From assembly GCA_040389905.1 (NCBI GenBank), contig JAZJZK010000051.1:1-55227 (forward strand): a stretch of DNA of 55,227 bases. Reading direction: 5' to 3'. This document shows positions 47,828-55,227 of this stretch, in pieces (position 1 is the stretch's first letter; each line of letters begins with the position of its first letter). Both the position numbers and the translations under genes were made by a program. This DNA is from Gemmatimonadota bacterium. Lineage in GTDB: Bacteria > Gemmatimonadota > Gemmatimonadetes > Gemmatimonadales > Gemmatimonadaceae. Below the pieces are notes generated by a model. That model saw only the letters and a program-made list of their open reading frames with translations. It was not told the origin of the DNA and ran no database searches.

Positions 47828-49744
47828 GTGAAACTCGAACCCACTGCCCAGCGCCTGCGGATGCTCCTCGCGATCTGTCTCACGGGGCAGCTCATCTGCT
47901 GCACTGCGGATGCCCTGCGAGGCGATCCGTATTCCGTGTGGGCACAGGGACGCACGGGCGCGTTGCTCCTCGTGGCGTGCATCTATGGAGCGGCACTCGT
48001 GTTGCTTCTCCCCGCCATGCGTGCGCGGCAGCGGGTGTTCACGTGGCTCGCCGTCGGCGGCGCGCTGCTGTTCTCGGTGCGCTTCCACGCCGTGCGCGCG
48101 TGGGTCAGGAACGATGCACGTGAAGAGGCGGTTTGGAATTCGCCGCCGAGCAAACAGACGTCGGACCTCGTCGCACTGCTGCGCGAGGTATCGGCAGCGC
48201 AGGAGCAGTATCGGCTGGGAAACCACACATACGCTGGGTCGGTGGATTCCCTCAGCCGCTGGCTCCCTCCGCGCTCCGACTCGATCACGGTGCAGATGAT
48301 TCGTCGCGGCGATTCAGGATGGTCGGCCCGTGCATCCGTCAGCGATACGCACTGTTCGATCTGGGTTCGCGACTCGACGCTGCGCGTTGAACCGTGGGAA
48401 ACCGAAGGCGCGCCGGCTTGCGGCAACGTCGTTCGCACCAAACGCAGGCAAGTCCACACGGTGATGGCTGCGCCCGCGCGTGAGGTCGCGTTCGCGCCAC
48501 AGGACGTACGCGGCGTGTGGCTCCAGCATCGCGTCGACAGTGACCGCTCTGCGACCGCCGCTGCATCCTCGCGCCTGTCCGGCGGTCCGTATCGGTGGAC
48601 GACTCGCATTGGCGGCGAAATGCTGGCGAGCGTCGCGGTCGTCGGGAATCAGGTCTTCGCGGGCGCTCACGGGAATGGCGAGTTCGCGGTGCTCTCGCTC
48701 GATTCGGGGCGCGTGGCGTTTCGCATCCGCGCGCCCAACTGGATTCACCACGAGCCCGTGGTGACCTCCGATCTCGCCATCGTCACCTTCGGCAACAACG
48801 AGAAGAACCCGGCCGATCAACCGGTGGGGTCAGACCCCAGCGGTATTGCGGCATACGACCGGCGCACCGGTGTCGAACGTTGGCGGCGGTATTCGCCCGC
48901 GAGCATGATGACGTCTCCGGTCCTTTACGATTCCATCGTTGCCGCCGTGTCGACGTCGCGTGAAGCCGTCGGTCTGCGTGCAACGGACGGCAAGCAGTTG
49001 TGGCGCGCTGAGCTGCCGTCGGTGTCGCCGATGGGCAACCCACTGCTCATCGATACGTTGATGGTCGTGGGATTGGAGCGTGCGAGGCTGTGCGTTCTCG
49101 ACGTACGCACCGGCGCACGTCTCTATTGCCGCACGATCGACTCCCGTGGTTGGGGTGCGGGCCACGCTTCCGTCGCCAGCACCGGCACAACGCTGCTCTT
49201 TACCTTCGCGCCGGGAGTGGGACCCTTGGACGCGCTCCGCCTCGGCAATTGGCGGCCCGCGATCGGACACGTTCTGCGCTTGCCGAGCCCCAACTTTGAA
49301 GTGGAGGAGCAAGTGCTCCTCGGCCTCGACCTCGCCACGGGCCAGGAGCGGTGGCGCGTGCGTCTGGGGATCGGCAAGTACGCCAGTTCCGGTCACATCG
49401 CCGGAACACCCACCGTCGCCGATGGCATCGCGTACGTACCGTCTCCGCTCAGCGGCAAGGTGTTCGCCGTGCGGCCGGACTCCGGCACGGTGCTCTGGTC
49501 GGCCGACGTCAGCACCGTGCGCGGATCGCTCCTCGTGACCCATGGAGCGGTGTTGGCGGCGACGCGCGACACGGCGCTTGTCGTACTCGATGCAACGTCG
49601 GGTGCGGTGCGCTGTCGTCAGCGCCTTCCAGGGCTCAGCGATCGGGCGGGTCCGACACTCGCCGGCGAAACGGCGATCATGACCTTCCGCAACGGCGTCA
49701 TCGCCGCCAGACCAATCGCCGACTGGCTGAGCTGCCGAGTTTGA
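47828..49744 (+). CDS. TM-anchored pilin-like + PQQ-type beta-propeller protein, copy 2
   Basis: Colinear paralogue sharing GAHGNGEF, PNWIHHEP, LPGLSDRAGPTLAGET, ADWLSCRV. Confidence 0.85.
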   Translation: MKLEPTAQRLRMLLAICLTGQLICCTADALRGDPYSVWAQGRTGALLLVACIYGAALVLLLPAMRARQRVFTWLAVGGALLFSVRFHAVRAWVRNDAREEAVWNSPPSKQTSDLVALLREVSAAQEQYRLGNHTYAGSVDSLSRWLPPRSDSITVQMIRRGDSGWSARASVSDTHCSIWVRDSTLRVEPWETEGAPACGNVVRTKRRQVHTVMAAPAREVAFAPQDVRGVWLQHRVDSDRSATAAASSRLSGGPYRWTTRIGGEMLASVAVVGNQVFAGAHGNGEFAVLSLDSGRVAFRIRAPNWIHHEPVVTSDLAIVTFGNNEKNPADQPVGSDPSGIAAYDRRTGVERWRRYSPASMMTSPVLYDSIVAAVSTSREAVGLRATDGKQLWRAELPSVSPMGNPLLIDTLMVVGLERARLCVLDVRTGARLYCRTIDSRGWGAGHASVASTGTTLLFTFAPGVGPLDALRLGNWRPAIGHVLRLPSPNFEVEEQVLLGLDLATGQERWRVRLGIGKYASSGHIAGTPTVADGIAYVPSPLSGKVFAVRPDSGTVLWSADVSTVRGSLLVTHGAVLAATRDTALVVLDATSGAVRCRQRLPGLSDRAGPTLAGETAIMTFRNGVIAARPIADWLSCRV

Positions 49745-49864
49745 TCGCCGCGCGACCGCTGTTCTACGGCGAGGTCGCGGGAAACAACGCATGGATACCA
49801 GCATGGAACGAGTGCGCGAGAGCGCGGGGTTGCGGTTCGATGCAGGGCGCGCAATGATGCACCA

Positions 49865-51778
49865 GTGACGACGATCTACTTCCGGCGCTTGGCCCTGATG
49901 CTACTGGCAGCTGGCCTGGCCGTGCATTTCGTGTGGACCGCGGCGGACGCGCTCCGAAATGACATGTACACCGTGTGGGCACAGGGCCGTACGCACGCGG
50001 TCGTCTTGGTCGTGTGTATCTACGGTGCGGCTCTCCTGGCGCTCACGCCGTTTGTCCGACGTCGGGTGCGCGTGCTGCCGTGGTGTTTTGTGGTATTCGC
50101 CGGCGCCTTCTCCCTGAGATTCCACATCGTCCGCTCCCTCGCAGCCGCCAACGCCCGAGATGACCAGTTGCGCCACCGGCTGCCGGAGATGGCCCCGACG
50201 GTCATCGTCGCATTTCTTCGCGAGCTTTCTGCGGCGCAGGAGCAGTACCGCTTGCGCCAACACTCCTACGCTCCGTCGCTCGACTCGCTCGGCGATTGGT
50301 TGACGGTACCGGGTGCCGTAGCGATGGCGCGGATGTCGCGACATGGTGATGCCGGTTGGTCTGCACGCGCGTCACTCGACAACGCCCACTGTTCGATCTG
50401 GGTTCGCGATTCCACGCTGCGAACCGAATCGTGGCAAGTTGAAGGCGTTCCGAGTTGCGGACAGGCTGCTCGCGCCCAGAACCGAAGGGTGCACACGGTG
50501 CTGGTGCCGCCTGTCGCGCCGATCGCGTTCAAGGACGAGGATGTCCGCGGGACATGGCTCCAGCATCGCGCTGATCGTTCGCGCTCCGCCACTGCGTCCT
50601 CGAGTGTGATGGGCGAACCCTTTCGGTGGACAACCCGGATTGGCGGCGAACTGCTGGCGAGCGTGTCAGCCGCCGGCAATCAGGTGTTCGTCGGAGCTCA
50701 CGGGAATGGCGAGTTCGTTGCCCTTACGCTCGACTCGGGGCTCGTGGGCTTTCGCCTTCGCGCGCCCAACTGGATCCATCATGAACCTGTCATAACTGCC
50801 GATCTCGTGATTGTCGCCTTCGGCAACAACGAGTTGCGACCGAATCCTCCTCCGCGATTGGGGACCGAGCCGAGCGGAATTGCGGCGTATGATCGGCGCA
50901 CGGGTGTGGAACGCTGGCGCCGGTATACGCGCGCGAGCATGATGACCGCGCCGGTCGTTTCGGACTCGATCATCGCCGGTGTCTCGGCTGCGCCTGAGGC
51001 CATCGCATGGCGAGTGTCCGACGGTCATGAACTGTGGCGCACTCCGCTTCCCGACGCGTCGCCCATGGGGAACCCGCTGCTCGTGGATACGCTGATGATC
51101 GTCGGGACGGAACCGGCGACTCTGTGTGCCTTCGACGTTCGCACCGGAAGGCGAGTTTTTTGTGGCAGCTTTGCCCGTGCGGAGTGGGGCGGTGGTCACG
51201 AGTCCGTCTCGATTGCTGGAAGCACGTTGCTCTTTCTGTTCAACAGAAGGCTCACACTGAACGATATGCTCTCGGAGCGACGGTGGGGATTTGCCATGGC
51301 ACGAGCGCTCCGCCTGCCAGGTGACGCGTTCGAACTCAGCGAGCAATGGTTCGTGGGCGCGGACAGGAACACCGGTCGAGAGCGTTGGCGCGTCCACCTC
51401 GGTTCTGGTCAACACCAGCTCGCGGGTCACATCGCGGGCACCGCAACGATCGTCGATGGTGTCGCGTACGTCCCATCACCGGTCAGTGGCCGAGTGGTCG
51501 CCGTACGGCCGGAGTCGGGCCAGGTGGTGTGGTCGACGTATGTGCACACCACTCGCGGTTCTCTTCTTGTCACGCAGGGCGCAGTGCTTGCGGCGACACG
51601 GGACACGACGCTCGTCGTGCTCGATGCCGCGACGGGCTTCGTTCGGTGCCGACAGCGTCTTCCCGGGCTGAGCGACCGGGCCGGCCCCACGCTGGCCGGA
51701 GAAACAGCAATCATGACCTTCCGCAACGGCGTCGTCGCCGCGAGGCCAATCGCCGACTGGCTGAACTGTCGCGTTTGA
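49865..51778 (+). CDS. TM-anchored pilin-like + PQQ-type beta-propeller protein, copy 3
   Basis: Colinear paralogue with the same motifs, ends ADWLNCRV. Confidence 0.85.
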   Translation: MTTIYFRRLALMLLAAGLAVHFVWTAADALRNDMYTVWAQGRTHAVVLVVCIYGAALLALTPFVRRRVRVLPWCFVVFAGAFSLRFHIVRSLAAANARDDQLRHRLPEMAPTVIVAFLRELSAAQEQYRLRQHSYAPSLDSLGDWLTVPGAVAMARMSRHGDAGWSARASLDNAHCSIWVRDSTLRTESWQVEGVPSCGQAARAQNRRVHTVLVPPVAPIAFKDEDVRGTWLQHRADRSRSATASSSVMGEPFRWTTRIGGELLASVSAAGNQVFVGAHGNGEFVALTLDSGLVGFRLRAPNWIHHEPVITADLVIVAFGNNELRPNPPPRLGTEPSGIAAYDRRTGVERWRRYTRASMMTAPVVSDSIIAGVSAAPEAIAWRVSDGHELWRTPLPDASPMGNPLLVDTLMIVGTEPATLCAFDVRTGRRVFCGSFARAEWGGGHESVSIAGSTLLFLFNRRLTLNDMLSERRWGFAMARALRLPGDAFELSEQWFVGADRNTGRERWRVHLGSGQHQLAGHIAGTATIVDGVAYVPSPVSGRVVAVRPESGQVVWSTYVHTTRGSLLVTQGAVLAATRDTTLVVLDAATGFVRCRQRLPGLSDRAGPTLAGETAIMTFRNGVVAARPIADWLNCRV

Positions 51779-51796
51779 TCGCGACGCCCACCAGTC

Positions 51797-52834
51797 CTAC
51801 ACGAGACCCTGGCGCCCGGCCTCGTTCAGATATGGAAACCCTCGCTGATGCCAGACAGGATACGGCGCCGGCACCTCGCTCACGTTTTCGAGAAAGGCGA
51901 CCTGCGCCGGCGTCAGGTTCCAACCCACCGCGCCGACATTCTCCAGCAGCTGTTCCTCGGTGCGCGCGCCGATGATGACGGTCGACACGGTGGGTCGCTG
52001 CAGCAGCCAGTTCAGCGCGATCTGCGTGAGGCTCTTGCCTGTTTCCTCCACCAGCGCATCGAGCGCATCGATGATGCGAAAGAGCCGTTCCTCCTCGTAG
52101 TGCGGCCCGGTGCCGGCAATATCATGCGCGCGCGTGCCGGGCTGCGCGGGATGGCAACGGCGGATCTTGCCGGTGATCTTGCCCCACCCGAGCGGACTCC
52201 AGACGACGGCGCCGACGCCCTGGTCTCGACCAAGTGGCATCAACTCCCACTCGTAATCGCGATTGAGGAGCGAGTAGTACACCTGGTGCGCGACATGGCG
52301 CGGATAGCCGCGCCGTTCAGAGACGGCGAGTGACTTCATGAGGTGCCAGCCGGAAAAGTTCGAGCACCCGATGTACCGCACCTTGCCGTCGCGCACGAGC
52401 TGGTCGAGCGTCGAAAGGGTCTCCTCCACCGGCGTGTTGTAGTCCTGGCCGTGCAGTTGGAGCAGGTCGATGTGATCCACGCCAAGCCGTCGAAGCGATC
52501 CTTCAATGGTGCTCAGGAGATGCTGGCGTGATGATCCGTAATCGTTCGGACCATCGCCAATGCGGAAGGTCGCCTTCGTCGAAATGAGCACGCGACCGCG
52601 CTTCCCCGCGATCGCCTTCCCGAGGATCTCTTCAGCCAGCCCCATCGAGTACGCATCCGAGCTGTCGAACATGGACACACCATGGTCGAGGCAGATGTCG
52701 ATCAGGCGAGACGCGCCGCCGGCGTCCGTGGACCCCCACCCACGAAAGAAGTCGTTGCCGCCACCGAAGGTGGCCGTGCCGAAGCTGAGAGCGGGTACGC
52801 GCAACCCTGAGTGGCCGAGACGCCGATGTTCCAT
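51797..52834 (-). CDS. Aldo/keto reductase
   Basis: RRLGHSGLRV, FDSSDAYS, ISTK, IDLLQLH, GKVRYIGCSN, WSPLGWG, IIGART; start 52834. Confidence 0.93.
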   Translation of the reverse strand: MEHRRLGHSGLRVPALSFGTATFGGGNDFFRGWGSTDAGGASRLIDICLDHGVSMFDSSDAYSMGLAEEILGKAIAGKRGRVLISTKATFRIGDGPNDYGSSRQHLLSTIEGSLRRLGVDHIDLLQLHGQDYNTPVEETLSTLDQLVRDGKVRYIGCSNFSGWHLMKSLAVSERRGYPRHVAHQVYYSLLNRDYEWELMPLGRDQGVGAVVWSPLGWGKITGKIRRCHPAQPGTRAHDIAGTGPHYEEERLFRIIDALDALVEETGKSLTQIALNWLLQRPTVSTVIIGARTEEQLLENVGAVGWNLTPAQVAFLENVSEVPAPYPVWHQRGFPYLNEAGRQGLV

Positions 52835-52926
52835 GTGTGTCCGAGACGAGGTGAGTGTCATGACCGATGCCCGCTGCGTGCAAAGCGTTTACGGCTCCTT
52901 CTACGTTTGATGCCCGATCGCGCGTT

Positions 52927-54192
52927 TCACGGCGCGGACGAGCCGACGAGATCGCCCTCAGGCTCCGAGGAACGGCCTTCTCGTGTCGAGGACGACGACA
53001 AGACGATCAACGCCACAGCCGCACATCCGAGCCCGAACATCGACGTCCATGTGGTGAATGCACCAACGCGGTCGAGCAGGAAGGCGCCGAACCACGGACC
53101 AACAATCAGCGACAGCGAAATCGAGCTGCTGAACATTCCCATGTACTCCCCCGTCCGTCCAGGCGGCGCCAATTCAGCGACATACGCGACGCTCGTCGGG
53201 AAAAAGATCATCTCGCCGAACGTCCAGAGAATCACGCTGGCTGCGATCGGAATCGTGGTCGTGGCAAACGCCAGCGCGCCGAACCCCACGGCGATCAGCA
53301 TCGTCGCCACACCGACGGCGGAACGCGTCCGCCAATGCGACATGGCCAGGTTGAGCGGTACCTCGACGGCGACGATGATGAGCGTGTTGAGGACAAAGAG
53401 CGATCCGTAAAACGACTCCCGGTAGTGCAGGTCTCGCACAAGATAGAGTGGCATGGCACCCTGATGCTGCGAGAACACGATGTTGACCAGCAATGCAGTC
53501 GTCATGAAGAGCATGAGCGGTCGGTCACGCCATGTCGTCGAGAGCGCGAGTCGGCGCCGCGTTGCAGGGGCCGCCGCAAGTGCAGCAGTGTGCACGTGGT
53601 GCGCATGCGTCGTTCTCGCCAGCAACAGCGTGAGGAGCGCCGCCGCGGCAAGGGAGGTCACACCATCGACGATGAAGAGCAATGGAAACGACACGACGGC
53701 GAGGAATCCGCCGACCGCCGGCCCGATGCTCATGCCAAGATTGACGGCGAGGCGGTTGACGGCGATGGCCGCCTTGCGGCCCTCCGGCGATGTCGCATTC
53801 GTCAGTGCCGACATCGTGGCCGGCCGCGCCGCATCCGCCACGACAGCCCAGACAAACGTGAGCGCGAGAATCGCGAGAAAGTTCGTTGCCAGTGGGATCA
53901 CGAGCAACACGACCCCAGTGCACGCAAGCGAGGCACGCAGCACCGCGAATGGCCCGATGCGGTCGGCGAGCCGGCCTGCAATCGGTGCCGTGACAAATCC
54001 GCCGACACCGTACGCGCTGATCGCCAACCCAGCGACCGAGGCAGAAATCCCAAGGTGTCGCGTGAGGTAGAGCACGAGGAATGGGAGCGCCATCATCCCC
54101 GCGCGATTCACGAAGGTCGTCGCCGCGATGATCCAGACGTCAGCGGGCAATCCGCGGAGCCCGCGGTATGGGTTCGGGAACGTCAGCCGCAT
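52927..54192 (-). CDS. MFS transporter
   Basis: About 12 TM helices; GRLADRIG motif A, NLGMSIGPAVGG. Confidence 0.92.
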   Translation of the reverse strand: MRLTFPNPYRGLRGLPADVWIIAATTFVNRAGMMALPFLVLYLTRHLGISASVAGLAISAYGVGGFVTAPIAGRLADRIGPFAVLRASLACTGVVLLVIPLATNFLAILALTFVWAVVADAARPATMSALTNATSPEGRKAAIAVNRLAVNLGMSIGPAVGGFLAVVSFPLLFIVDGVTSLAAAALLTLLLARTTHAHHVHTAALAAAPATRRRLALSTTWRDRPLMLFMTTALLVNIVFSQHQGAMPLYLVRDLHYRESFYGSLFVLNTLIIVAVEVPLNLAMSHWRTRSAVGVATMLIAVGFGALAFATTTIPIAASVILWTFGEMIFFPTSVAYVAELAPPGRTGEYMGMFSSSISLSLIVGPWFGAFLLDRVGAFTTWTSMFGLGCAAVALIVLSSSSTREGRSSEPEGDLVGSSAP

Positions 54193-54269
54193 TCACGTCC
54201 GGCGTCTCGGTACTGCCTTGAGCCTGCGGCGCACTCCTTCATCTGAATTGGGACGGTTACGTGGTCAGT

Positions 54270-54408
54270 CTCACCGCAGAGGACGCGGAGGAGCGGAGGG
54301 CCGCAGAGGACTACGGAACTGGGGGAACGAAGCGAGTCGAGAGTGTCGTTGATCCTTGCAGCTTCAGTTTTCCTCTGCGTACCCCTGCTCCTCTGCGCCC
54401 TCTGCGGT
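54270..54408. repeat. GCAGAG/CTCTGC palindromic repeat, family B
   Basis: ACCGCAGAGGACGCGGAGGAGCGGAGGG…CGCAGAGGA pairs with TCCTCTGCG…CCCCTGCTCCTCTGCGCCCTCTGCGGT; 17-nt identity to 5589-5605. Confidence 0.8.
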
Positions 54409-54478
54409 AAATGGCACATCCAGCATGCCATGTGAGTGAGCCAGAACAGCCACGAAACACCTTGACTCGAGCCGGACG

Positions 54479-54991
54479 TTATTGACAGTTCACACTCCGC
54501 AACGCCGCGTCCGCACCGGCCACACCCTTGTTCGCCGCACGCAGGAAGTCCTCGCAGGCGGCCACGCGATCACCCTTGGTGAAATGCGCGAGTCCGCGAT
54601 TCAAATAGACGCGGGCGAGCGTCGAGTCGCCTCGAATTGCCGTGTCGTAGTCCTGAATGGCACCCACAAGGTCGCCCGCCTTCTTCCTGGCAATGCCGCG
54701 GTTGTTCCACGCGTCGGCGTTCGCGGGGTTCAGGCGAATAGCCTCTGACAGATCGGTGATGGCCGATTCGAACTCCTCGAGGTTGAGCTTCGCCTTGCCA
54801 CGATTGTAAAAGGGTTCGGCAAAGTCCGGTTCCAGGCCGATCGCTCGCGTGTAGAACACGACGGCGGCCGCCCAATCACCCGCGCGCGCGGTGTCGTTCC
54901 CCATGCGGTTCAACCGCGCGGCTGGGGACTGAGCCCCAGCCGCAACGCCGATCACCACCAACATGCCAACACATAGTACCGAACGTCGCAC
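54479..54991 (-). CDS. Secreted tetratricopeptide-repeat protein
   Basis: Signal peptide; TPR repeats FYNRGKAK, AWNNRGIAR, VYLNRGLAH. Confidence 0.88.
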   Translation of the reverse strand: MRRSVLCVGMLVVIGVAAGAQSPAARLNRMGNDTARAGDWAAAVVFYTRAIGLEPDFAEPFYNRGKAKLNLEEFESAITDLSEAIRLNPANADAWNNRGIARKKAGDLVGAIQDYDTAIRGDSTLARVYLNRGLAHFTKGDRVAACEDFLRAANKGVAGADAALRSVNCQ

Positions 54992-55076
54992 GGCTCCAAT
55001 CCTCTCGGTTCTGCCCGCCTACGGATAATTACCCCGGTGACCTAGTTCCGGTTGGCAAACTCGCATCTGCTGGCTT

Positions 55077-55170
55077 GAGGAACGGATTCCTCGGATGCCG
55101 CGGAACGAACCGGATCAAACCGTCTTGCAGTCTCCGGCTGATTCCGTCCCATCCGTCAAGTCCGCTCCTC
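55077..55170. repeat. CGGA/TCCG-unit imperfect palindrome, family C
   Basis: GAGGAACGGATT…CGGATG…CGGAAC versus TTCCGTCCCATCCGTCAAGTCCGCTCCTC. Confidence 0.5.
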
Positions 55171-55176
55171 AATCTC

Positions 55177-55227
55177 CTAAGAAACTACTGCCTCGATGAC
55201 CTCGCCGGACGCGAGATCGACGAGACC
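55177..55227 (-). CDS. Possible 3' end of a gene entering from beyond the window (…GLVDLASGEVIEAVVS*)
   Basis: Only 16 sense codons with high-GC third positions ending in TAG; too short to identify. Confidence 0.3.
   Translation of the reverse strand, partial: GLVDLASGEVIEAVVS

Noticed and set aside
45851..51778. Triad as diversity-generating retroelement targets, or as true PQQ dehydrogenases or bamB
   Set aside because: No reverse transcriptase or adenine-specific TR/VR pair; no lipobox or bamB context; no recognisable quinoprotein catalytic motifs

Overview
High-GC bacterial chromosome window with no CRISPR array, transposase, integrase, reverse transcriptase or phage genes. Gene style suggests a Gemmatimonadota-like organism (inference). 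From left to right: partial initiator tRNA-Met (minus strand); cfa; S9 peptidase; a glycoside-catabolism locus (DUF1080, GMC oxidoreductase with Tat-exported small subunit, GH2, YtfQRT/YjfF-like sugar ABC transporter) interrupted by a vapBC module flanked by direct repeats; ftsB and eno; an ECF sigma factor/Ser-Thr kinase pair; MarR and ClC-CBS; a DUF2911 lipoprotein; an orphan beta-rich protein; a candidate ~120-nt double-pseudoknot RNA leading a protein with a small N-terminal helical domain plus two TIGR03067-like domains; divergent S8 protease and CHAT (caspase-like) genes; a NarL-type two-component system with a TonB receptor and a membrane protein; YdeI; a truncated mazF beside an attC-like hairpin; three Cys-containing lipoproteins; PPK2; an alpha/beta hydrolase; a CE15-SGNH fusion; three tandem paralogues of a TM + pilin-like + PQQ beta-propeller architecture; aldo-keto reductase; MFS; TPR protein. 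Several REP-like palindrome families are present, and one copy lies in frame inside the ABC ATPase. Best candidates for undescribed biology are the structured RNA/protein pair at 26630-27884, the pilin-like/propeller triad at 45851-51778 and the S8/CHAT pair. All family calls come from motif recognition by eye; no searches were run.
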